From positions 115,737 through 135,736 of the forward strand of contig LVLI01000314.1 in assembly GCA_001687465.1 (NCBI GenBank): DNA of 20,000 bases, written 5' to 3'. The number at the start of each line of letters is the position of its first letter. Positions within the stretch are counted from its first letter, which is position 1. The translations under genes and the position numbers were made by a program. The notes beneath the pieces are model-generated. The model made no database searches. It was given only the letters and a program-made list of their open reading frames with translations, and was not told where the DNA came from. This document shows positions 10,766-20,000 of this stretch, in pieces. The stretch is from Halocafeteria seosinensis (taxonomy: Eukaryota).

Positions 10766-11015
10766 CCCCGACATAATTAGCATGAGTACAAGTTCACCGA
10801 TAATTGCTTAGTCCCGCCCCCTCTCCTGCTTCGTGTTTCGAGAGCTCTCTACTTCGATCAACTGCTTACAGAGATGTTTATAGTGATGTGTGTAAAACAC
10901 GCAACCTGTTCGCAGTTCTGTTTCTGCTTGTATCATACAATACTGGTAGTCGAGCCCAGAGGACATAAAGCCGGACGGGTGTGAGCGCCATGGTTTCACC
11001 TGGCGTCGCATCAGA

Positions 11016-12525
11016 TTACTCAAAATCCTCACGACGTAGTCCTAGCCAATTTAGCGCATTATCTTGAAAGACCTTCTTCTTCTGTTCTTCCGTCCAACTG
11101 TCCATAGAATCTACTAGTTCACCTGCTGCATACTCCTTGCCACGACTTTCCGCAGTAAACTCTCCTAAAGGAAAAGGATAGTCACTACCTAATACAATCT
11201 GTAGTAATGTAGCGAGAAACAACTAGCACGTGCGATTCGCGACCATGATTTGCAATCGGTTGTCACTCACTTTATCGTCTGAGAACACTTTTCGGGACAG
11301 TTCCAACTGATCCTGTCCATGAGCAAGGGAATCGACCCAAAATGATCCTAAGAAATCTTTAGGTGGCCGAGAGCAATCCGCTGTTGCATCAGAGACCAAA
11401 TTCGATTATGGCGAGGGAGTAGCCTAAATGAGGCACACAACACGTACTAGCACACAGATCGGGACGAACATCGTATCCGTGTTGGACTCGCCCTACAGTG
11501 CCTGGAAATGATCCACCGCAATGTGCAAACATCACTCGAAGATCGGGCAACTTCTCCAAAACTCCACCAAAAATGAGGGAACATATAGCTATGCTCGTCT
11601 CGGCCGGCATGGAAACAAGCCTGTGATACGAAATTCGGCAAAGATCCCTCCCGAGTCAAAGAGCGCTTCTAGCTAATGACCGCTAAAAATAAAAAAACAT
11701 ACCATGGGAGCCAATACTTCTTTAACAACCGCTTTCCTATCATGTCCCAGGGATGGACGAATATACACGCTCCAAGATCATTTGCTGATGTGTTTCGCCA
11801 AAGGACTAAGCTGAGTAGTTGTTTAAGCAATTTAACAGGTAAATTGCGTACCTTTCTGAAAAATTGGGAATAGTTGGGGGTCATCCAAGGTCAAGTCATT
11901 AATATGTGATCCAATCTCAACTCCTCTGAGGCCGAGTTCATTGACACATCGTTCCAGCTCCTGTACGGCTAAATCCGGTGCATGCATCGGAAGAGTTCCC
12001 AAGCCTGCAAATCACATCACTAGCGAAAGGCTGCATTATGAAACCAGTGTGTGTGTGTGTGTGTGACATACCCACAAAATGCTTGGGATTGGCCCGAACT
12101 TGTTCAGCCATGTCATTGTTGAGGAACTTGCAGACCTCCAGACAATCTTCCGGTTTTGCCCAATAGCTGAACATCACCGGCACTGTCGATAACACCTGGC
12201 TATACAGAGGAGAGGGGATATGAACGACCCACATTCACTCCGTAGGTAGAGACGTGTGGAACAAACAAACACCACTTACATGAACGTCGACGCCCACTTT
12301 CTGGCAGTCTTCTATCCTCGTTTGTCCATCCCAGCAATTACATTTCACTTCCCTGAAGAATGTCCCATCATCTCTGTACATCTTGGCCTTTTCGCCTTGG
12401 TCTTTCTCATCGTGGATGAGCTTTATAAAACCTCCATAGCCGAAGTGCTCCTTCCAGTCAGGCCAGGAGCGAGGCAGAATATGCGTATGGCAATCAATGC
12501 GCAAATACGGTTTGGAGGACGCCAT
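11016..12525 (-). CDS. ACMSD: 2-amino-3-carboxymuconate-6-semialdehyde decarboxylase (amidohydrolase family, kynurenine pathway)
   Basis: Exons 12525-12280, 12195-12072, 12004-11852, 11784-11703, 11620-11448, 11380-11271, 11198-11016. Spliced protein contains IDCHTHILP, FFREVKCNCWD, VLSTVPVMFSYWAKP, IFVHPWDM, KYWLPWLVSMPAET, FAHCGGSFPGTVGRVQHG and LGSDYPFPLGE, which match ACMSD motifs as I recall them. Confidence 0.95.
12047..12065. repeat. (GT/CA)9 microsatellite in ACMSD intron 2, adjacent to the donor
   Basis: On the minus strand: G|GTATGT(CA)9C. Confidence 0.95.
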
Positions 12526-13151
12526 TTTCTCCTTGGTACTGGGTAATATATGATCGTTTGAAGAAGCAACTTCACTGTACGACATACCAGCGAACCCAGG
12601 GAACACCTTTTGACTGCCCGAGTGTGAGTGTTGATTTGTGAAGATACAACTTGTATCATACAAGGGAACCGGTTGACCCTCAATCACGTACAACACACAC
12701 ACTTGTACAGTACGTGTATATACACCGTACCCTCTCGTTCCGTTTTTGCCCCCAGATGTGAGAGATCCTGCGATGGAATCTCCACCACTTACCCCCACAC
12801 TGAGTATGTACTGTGGCTACGAATGCAAGACATGGTCACATGAACCAAATATATGTCAGCTACCACGTAAAATGGAGAAGATGTAGCTGAGTAGCTACCA
12901 GTAAAACGTTCAGCATTGAATTAAGCGACTACTGTGCAAAGCCCATCATCTTGAAAAGTTGGATCTGCGAAATCCACGACAATAGAAAATAGAACAGTGG
13001 GAACATTCCTGACCAGGCGCATGAGGTTTTGTGGAAAGATTTCCAGCTTGGATAGAATATCCGACAGGCCCCTCGTATAGGTTGTAGATCTTATTGACTT
13101 ATGTTGTATGCCTCAGCGACAAATCTGCTTCTACCCTATGGGGCATGCATA

Positions 13152-15803
13152 CTAATTGCCAGTTGTGGGTGGCGCATAAGAAACAGCGTGTGAAAAACGG
13201 TCATCGTAAGGGAGGCTAGGGTTAGATTTAGGGGGCCGAACTGCATGTTGGTATCTACCCATGCTTGGCATAGGTTGACCACGCGGGTTGTAGCCCGGAT
13301 AACCTCTCGACTGGCCCTGGGTACTCCATCGTGGATGTTGAGAGGTTCTACCGTCATGTTGAGGCGGAACCGTACTGCGTTGATAAGGATGCGTCATTGA
13401 ACCCATACCTTGAACCGGGATCTCGACATGGCCACCTGGAGGCAACAGTGAGGTGCGGACATTTTCCTCGGCTACCTTGCTAGCCTGCTGATACTCGTAG
13501 AAGAGGTAAGCACACAAAATAGCCAGCATACTACAGAGAAAACTAAGCGCCGTTGAGTATAAGATAAACGATGTATCAGGACCACACGAGAGGCCGAATA
13601 GCTGACGGTGAGTATCTGAATTTCCAAACTTCGCAAGAACATCAATTACGTCTACCATATCAATATCGTGAACAACAGTTGACATCAGGATATCGATTGA
13701 GAGGACTAATACAACTGCGATACATATTCCAACTACGATGCTGCTGTACACTGTATGTCCGTTCACCGCGACTCGCGAGTGGAACGTACCTACAATTGCC
13801 GTGGCGATTGCTGCTCCACGGAATGTCTTAAACTTGCGCAGCAAAACTAGAACAGGAATAAACGAAAGCGCGGCAAGGACGCGCCCGGCGTCAAACTTGT
13901 TTCGGAGGGTTTTAAGCTCGCCCTCAAGGGGCTCGTCATAAACGTTGTCCACAACAAAGTGTAGACAAGAAGTCTGTCAATATCATTCGATATACATAGC
14001 TTGAGCCGAAAGGAAACATGAGCTCATACCACATGGCGACCTACTTCTTCCTCAGTCTTTGCTTGGATTAAGCCATAGTGCAGACTTTCGTCACCAATTC
14101 CGCATTTACCCCATTTCGGGATGCCTATTGCAATAGATATGAAAACAAAGCATAGAACCACGGTGATGCGCCCTGCGCGAAGGCAATAACATAACAAAAC
14201 CGATAAAAATGTGTACAGCGCAGTAGAATTGCCACCGACATACTTAGAATCCCTATACGTTCTACATGCTGCTTTGATAATGCAAAGCGTTGAACCTGCT
14301 TTTCTTGCTCCAATGCTTCGCCAGGACGTCGATGGAGTTCAGAGTGGGGGTCATAGCCAAAAGCCCCTGGGAACTGGTGCTGGTTTGGTTGAGTACCCTG
14401 CTGGTACGCCAGGTGTGGCAACTGCATTCGTGTTTGGTGTTCGAGTCCGCCCTGAGGGGAAAATGCCTGGATGTCATGAGGCTGTTGTCCAACCGCAGCT
14501 TGCTGAGCAAACTGACCAGTGTTTGCCTCTTGTGGTGGCTGCAGTTGCTTCTGGTGCTCGAACCCTACTCGCTGCCCGGGTCCGCGCTGAGGCGGGTACG
14601 CTTGGACATTCCGTGACTGTTGCCCAATTGCTGCTGTTTGAGACAAGTGTCCAACGTGTGCTTCTTGTGGTTGCCGTACTCGAGAAGCATCTACTTGTCC
14701 AAAGGGTATGGATTGATACAAACGTTCCTGTGAAGCTTGAGACTGGTAACCTGTCTGAGGAACTTGGAACCGTGGCTGGGGCGTTCCTTGTTGAAACGCG
14801 TGAAATGCAGGTGGGGTTACATCCTGAACCGGTGCCTGCGTTGGTATTTGTCGCGCGTTTTGTGCAAGTTGAAATGGGGGAGCATCTGAGGACACCAATG
14901 CATATCCCTGCGTAGCAATTGATGGTGTCCGCTGGTACTCCTGGGGCGTTCTGGGACCTTCCTGAACAGGATACCCTTGTACCTGAGCGGATTCACCGTT
15001 TGCATCTTGAAGTGTTCCTGGGGACCCCTGGGGATGAACGTGCTGATGTGAATAAAAGCAATTTTCTGGTGCTGGATTCTGCATATTCTGCCCGGAAGTC
15101 ATCATTCCACGCTGAATTGGAACCCCAGCCGGAGCTTGCGAGCAACTCCCCTCGGATTGCCGAAATTCAGAGTGATATTCTGATCTTTGATTTCCTGGAA
15201 AAATTGGTGGACCGCTCGGCTGCATGCTGTGAGGTGGATTGTGGGCATGAGACTGTGATCTCACGGCGCTATGGTGCAGCGATACGGTACACGGAGGCGG
15301 AGCAGAAACTCCCTTGCCGTACTCTTGTATTGAGCAGTACGTACTAGTCGGCTCCTGAGCACTTGCCTGTTGGTACCTTTCCATGTTTTCGTCCTGTTGG
15401 GGCCGCGGTTGGCTCGCTTGGTCCACCAACGGTACTCCGTCGTCATTTCGAGTTTCGAGAAGCGACCTATGTTCGTTCTGTTCACGTGGAAACATGGTGT
15501 GATCACGATCACTAGATGCATATACCAGGTATGACCCACCTGAGGTTCAGACGCTGCGTAGTACGGATCGCCATCCAGCGCCTCACCGTGGGCATCACCA
15601 TTCCAAGGGGAAGTAGCCGAAATAGACACCGTGTTGGGGTAGTCATTAACCGATACAGCTTCCTGTATGGTATGGGTCACTGTTTCCGACTGCAGAAGAT
15701 TGCACGAGTCAATTCATAGACAATTTTTTTTCTTTGCGGGACGACATCAAGGCCAGCCATAGACACAGGTGGGGGGGGGGGGGCTTACCTCCGACTCGCT
15801 CAT
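13152..15803 (-). CDS. Multi-pass membrane protein with a long Q/P-rich N-terminus and about 4 hydrophobic helices (claudin/PMP22/amastin-like topology, tentative)
   Basis: Exons 15803-15789 (MSESE), 15689-15540, 15477-14244, 14172-14045, 13973-13152, all GT-AG and frame-consistent. TM1 is RITVVLCFVFISIAIGIPKW, followed by ...HYGL...C; further hydrophobic blocks are GRVLAALSFIPVLVLL, IVVGICIAVVLVLSI and TSFILYSTALSFLCSMLAILCAYLF; the tail is Pro/Tyr-rich. Confidence 0.78.
14416..14670 (-). repeat. Degenerate two-unit tandem coding repeat (about 45 aa) in the Q/P-rich exon
   Basis: PQEAHVGHLSQTAAIGQQSRNVQAYPPQRG...FEHQKQLQP versus PQEANTGQFAQQAAVGQQPHDIQAFSPQGG-LEHQTRMQLP. Confidence 0.75.
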
Positions 15804-17464
15804 GGTGTTCGACACAGGAAGTTAAGTTCACGCAGAAAAGAATCTAGGTATGAAAGCAGGATTCAGAGTTTGCTCAACGTCCAAACAGCAAGAGATCAAG
15901 AAAAGCAAAGAAAGATCAAAGATGAGGTCTGTGTTCGACGCAAGTACGTGTAGAAAGAACACTGTGAAGAGACACAAACAGTGAAACCAACAGAGTGCAC
16001 ACACGGTAGGAATGTCAACCTACAGAACGTTCTCTTTTCACTTCAATTCGTGTGGATATGATCTCATAGGGACTACGGTAAGTCCACACCCCAAGAGACT
16101 CCCAAGAAGAGTCTGCCCGACTGAACCGTCCCGGACTTTGTCATCTACCCGTATGCCGTTTTTTTCCGACCCCGACCCCGAAGGGGGTTTTTTTGTGTGC
16201 AGGGTACCTTGAAGTTACGGAAGGGACCTTTCCTTGGGATTCCAAGTTGGGAATCCTTTCCCGCCAGATTTCCTTTTGGTAGTTTCGAAGTACTCCAAAT
16301 GGTACGAGTTTCCGACCGCCAGGTCTGTTTCTTCCGACCGTCAGGTAGGACCCTTTCTCGGCGTGCCGTGGACCCAGAGGTGGTCTTCCTCGAAACATAT
16401 CATCCTACATCGTTCTTCTTGTCACTTTTTTTCGCTGTTTTGGTGTGTTCAGTCTGTGGAAATGAGCAATTAATGGTCTTCGACACGGTCGGAAGAAGTC
16501 GGAACGGGACAAAAAGTACGAATTTCCGACCTCCAGGTCTGTTTCTTCCGACTGTCAGGTCGGACCCTTTCTCGGCGTGTCATGGACCCAGAGGTGGTCT
16601 TCCTCGAAACATATCATCCTACATCGTTCTTCTTGTCACTTTCTTTCGCTGTTTTGGTGTGTTCAGTCTGTGGAAATGAGCAATTAATGGCTCTCGACAC
16701 GGTCGGAACAAGTCGGATCCCCACCCCGACAGAATGGAGGCCCGGACAAACCTAGATATCGTCTTATTTTCGCATTGTTGGACTGCCGACCCGTATTATA
16801 AGACTCAAAGGGTTATGTTTCCGCTGACAGGAACATCTCCTCGTATCATCTGGGTGGCGAAGAATGATTCTACGGAGATTTTTGCCGTGCCTTGACAGGC
16901 TGGACTGCAACCACAGCTAGTCTACCTATATACGGTGTTTACAATGTAATACTTGGCCCGTTTTGATTTAAATTGAGTTTTTATTGTGTACTTGAGACCA
17001 CTAGTTATGAAGGTCGTTTGGTCGAAGACCCTCGAATAAGCCAGGGAGCGGGCTGAGCATGCGTTGTTTTTGGTTTTCGCGACAACCCAAGGCTGATACA
17101 ATCAAGGGATTTGGAGGAGATTAGACTGGATATTTGTTATATGGGTGCAAGCTCAATGAGAGAAGTCCCAATGCCATTGTATCGGTACTTTGGCCTCTTC
17201 TTATAGGGCACTCATTCCGGAGGAAAATGCACCATATATTTCACACCTTTCGGACTTCTGACAAAACCAAGTCACAGCAACGAATTCTGATGATTCCAGG
17301 ACGCTATCTATATCGCCACTCTTTGTTCACGAAGAAGCTGTCCAGTGGTAGTGCCACACCGTTTGGCATATCGGAGTCCGATCGTCGGCAAGCGCCAGCT
17401 ATAGCTTTTCGTTCAGGGATTTGTCTGTGCTCCTAGTCAGATGCCCTCATGTATTGTATATTCA
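15455..17464 (+). repeat. Left arm of long imperfect inverted repeat (outer end not visible)
   Basis: Reverse complement of 17991-20000. Mirror ORF pairs: 15516+/19939-, 16012+/19467-, 17134+/18311-. Position 20000 maps to 15455. Confidence 0.97.
16302..16717. repeat. Two-unit direct tandem repeat (period about 214 bp), each unit bounded by inverted TCCGAC/GTCGGA motifs
   Basis: Units start at 16302 (GTACGAGTTTCCGACC) and 16516 (GTACGAATTTCCGACC) and share a near-identical core. TTCTTCCGACCGT near the unit start is the reverse complement of ACGGTCGGAAGAA near the unit end. Confidence 0.93.
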
Positions 17465-17625
17465 GCCTCTCGCTCTCCACTGGCATTTGACTCATGCGGA
17501 TGTAGTTCTTCAGTTCCACTGCTATCCCGTCATGACGGTGACTTCTTTGCCGCACGCCAGTGCGTGGACTAGACTATACTTGCATCTCCATCCATCGAGG
17601 ACAGAAGTCCGGGAACTGCAGTTTC
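17465..17625 (-). mobile_element. Possible decayed fragment of a CRE/R2-group non-LTR retrotransposon (zinc knuckle preceding the restriction-like endonuclease)
   Basis: With two frameshifts the minus strand reads LQFPDFCP / DGWRCKYSLVHALACGK / SHRHDGIAVELKNYIRMSQMPVESE. This resembles from memory the C..C...HAL.C...RH[DN].[IV]..EL...V..EP pattern of such elements. Confidence 0.4.
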
Positions 17626-18728
17626 TTCAAAGTGAAGAACGCCAATGGGGTAGAGAAAACGATTTGCTGAGTGAGCAGACACAGTGCCATCTGCTTCCAT
17701 CCTTAAAATAGCTAATACCCCTAAAATGGCTGTGGCAGGGCGTTGTACATGGGCACAACCAGTGAGAAGTCTCATGCTGCCATACGCCGGTGCAGCCGAG
17801 GGAACGCGGGACTCTCGCTCACCCCGACAAGGAGTTCGCTTCTGAGGACATCGGGTTTGAGCAAACACTTTGAGACTGTCCGAGTATACTCAGACCGTCA
17901 GAGCCACGAGCATACAGCACCAAAAGGATGAGCGAAGTGCAACCAGTGTGATTCCACGGTACAGTCGCCTGAGTTTCCCTGTAACCCACATGAATATACA
18001 ATACATGAGGGCTTCTGACCAGGAATCCCTGAACGAAAAGCTATAGCTGGCGCTTGCCGACGATCGGACTCCGATATGCCAAACGGTGTGGCACTACCAC
18101 TGGACAGCTTCTTCTTCAACAAAGAGTGGCGATATAGATAGCGTCCTGGAATCATCAGAATTCGTTGTTGTGACTTGGTTTTGTCAGAAGTCCGAAAGGT
18201 GTGAAATATATGGTGCATTTTCCTCCGGAATGAGTGCCCTATAAGAAGAGGCCAAAGTACCGATACAATGGCATTGGGACTTCTCTCATTGAGCTTGCAC
18301 CCATATAACAAATATCCAGTCTAATCTCCTCCAAATCCCGTGATTGTATCAGCCTTGGGTTTTCGCGAAAACCAAAAACAACGCATGCTCAGCCCGCTCC
18401 CTGGCTTATTCGAGGGTCTTCGACCAAACGACCTTCATAACTAGTGGTCTCAAGTACACAATAAAAGCTCAATTTAAATCAAAACGGGCCAAGTATTACA
18501 TTGTAAACACCGTACATAGGTAGACTAGCTGTGGTTGCAGTCCAGGCTGTCAAGGCACGGCAAAAATCTCCGTAGAATCATTCTTCGCCACCCAGATGAT
18601 ACGAGGAGATGTTCCTGTCAGCGGAAACATAACCCTTTGAGTCTTATAATACGGGTCGGCAGTCTAACAATGCGAAAATAAGACGATATCTAGGTTTGTC
18701 CGGGCCTCCATTCTGTCGGGGTGGGGAT

Positions 18729-19158
18729 CCGACTTGTTCCGACCGTGTCGAGAACCATTAATTGCTCATTTCCACAGACTGAACACACCAAAACAGCGAA
18801 GAAAAGTGACAAGAAGAACGATGTAGGATGATATGTTTCGAGGAAGACCACCTCTGGGTCCACGGCACGCCGAGAAAGGGTCCGACCTGACGGTCGGAAG
18901 AAACAGACCTGGAGGTCGGAAATTCGTACTTTTTGTCCCGTTCCGACTTCTTCCGACCGTGTCGAAGACCATTAATTGCTCATTTCCACAGACTGAACAC
19001 ACCAAAACAGCGAAAAAAAAGTGACAAGAAGAACGATGTAGGATGATATGTTTCGAGGAAGACCACCTCTGGGTCCACGGCACGCAGAGAAAGGGTCCTC
19101 CTACGGTAGTCCTACCTGACGGTCGGAAGAAACAGACCTGGCGGTCGGAAACTCGTAC
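18729..19158. repeat. Mirror copy of the two-unit ~214-bp tandem repeat
   Basis: Reverse complement of 16302-16717, with a 14-nt insertion (TACCGTAGGAGGAC on the minus strand) in one unit. Confidence 0.9.
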
Positions 19159-19669
19159 CATTTGGAGTGCTTCGAAACTACCAAAAGGAAATCTGGCGGG
19201 CAAGGATTCCCAAGGAAAGGTCCCTTCCGTAACTTCAAGGTACCCTGCACACAAAAAAACCCCCTTCGGGCCCCGAACTTCCCGAAGTTCGGGGTCGACC
19301 CGGTCGGGGTCGGAAAAAAACGGCATACGGGTAGATGACAAAGTCCGGGACGGTTCAGTCGGGCAGACTCTTCTTGGGAGTCTCTTGGGGTGTGGACTTA
19401 CCGTAGTCTCTGTGAGATCATATCCACACGAATTGAAGTGAAAAGAGAACGTTCTGTAGGTTGACATTCCTACCGTGTGTGCACTCTGTTGGTTTCACTG
19501 TTTGTGTCTCTTCACAGTGTTCTTTCTACTTGCGTCGAACACAGACCTCATCTTTGATCTTTCTTTGCTTTTCTTGATCCCTTGCTGTTTGGACGTTGAG
19601 CAAACTCTGAATCCTGCTTTCATACCTAGATTCTTTTCTGCGTGAACTTAACTTCCTGTGTCGAACACC

Positions 19670-20000
19670 ATGAGCGAGTCGGAGGTAAGCCCTCCCCACC
19701 TGTGTCTATGCCGTCCCGCAAAGAAAAAAAATTGTCTATGAATTGACTCGTGCAATCTTCTGCAGTCGGAAACAGTGACCCATACCATACAGGAAGCTGT
19801 ATCGGTTAATGACTACCCCAACACGGTGTCTATTTCGGCTACTTCCCCTTGGTATGGTGATGCCCACGGTGAGGCGCTGGATGGCGATCCGTACTACGCA
19901 GCGTCTGAACCTCAGGTGGGTCATACCTGGTATATGCATCTAGTGATCGTGATCACACCATGTTTCCACGTGAACAGAACGAACATAGGTCGCTTCTCGA
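19670..20000 (+). CDS. Second, divergently oriented copy of the Q/P-rich membrane protein gene (5' part only; runs off the window)
   Basis: ATG AGC GAG TCG GAG|GTAAGC at 19670. Intron 19685-19765, then SETVTHTIQEAVSVNDYPNTVSISATSPWYGDAH...EPQ|GTGGGT...GAACAG|NEHRSLL. Splice sites and frame are intact. Confidence 0.8.

Larger units (their letters stand above)
17991..20000 (-). repeat. Right arm of long imperfect inverted repeat (runs off the window edge)
   Basis: Collinear reverse complement of 15455-17464 with scattered substitutions and several indels. Confidence 0.97.

Noticed and set aside
12526..12798. 90-aa N-terminal extension of ACMSD in the ORF track
   Set aside because: Begins at a GTG; ACMSD similarity starts right after the ATG at 12525.
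14211..15347. Plus-strand ORFs of 234, 108 and 142 aa
   Set aside because: Antisense shadows of the long Q/P-rich minus-strand exon.
16012..16679. ORFs of 66-160 aa in the left arm and the 233-aa mirror ORF 18766-19467
   Set aside because: They run through the tandem repeat, and the two arm copies differ by frame-breaking indels (32, 13 and 14 nt), so there is no sign of coding constraint.
16302..16717. CRISPR-like array
   Set aside because: Two long near-identical units with no unique spacers, no cas genes, and a eukaryotic context.
16735..16760. Helitron 3' end (CTAG at about 16752)
   Set aside because: No proper subterminal hairpin, and CTAG is followed by A rather than the expected target T.
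17134..17436. 100-aa ORF and its 137-aa mirror (17898-18311)
   Set aside because: Non-ATG start, no recognisable motif, and the copies diverge by a 10-nt indel; the duplication is explained by the inverted repeat.
15455..20000. Palindrome as a simple amplification or fold-back chimera of one molecule
   Set aside because: The arms differ by many substitutions and multi-base indels and enclose a unique 526-bp spacer, which a single-template fold-back would not produce. A haplotype mis-join is still not excluded.

Overview
Gene-dense, intron-rich eukaryotic DNA, probably from a protist; the lineage cannot be fixed from this window. Introns are GT-AG and about 58-99 nt, so most ORF-track entries are exon fragments or antisense shadows. 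Manual splicing gives, left to right: (1) a wax-ester synthase/DGAT (minus strand, runs off the left edge); (2) a secreted leucine-rich-repeat gene that the ORF track largely misses, with each of 11 LRRs on its own symmetric phase-2 exon (8 are exactly 72 nt) and two exons lacking the canonical acceptor AG; (3) a Zn(II)2Cys6 transcription factor; (4) a low-complexity hypothetical protein; (5) a 9-exon NEK-like kinase with a signal peptide and a transmembrane helix (receptor-like topology); (6) ACMSD; (7) a Q/P-rich multi-pass membrane protein with claudin/PMP22-like features. The right quarter is a long imperfect inverted repeat (arms of at least 2010 bp around a 526-bp spacer) that duplicates the 5' end of the membrane-protein gene head-to-head. 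Each arm carries a 2 x ~214-bp tandem repeat rich in TCCGAC motifs. The spacer holds what looks like a decayed non-LTR retrotransposon zinc knuckle. All alignments and translations were done by eye; no database searches were run.
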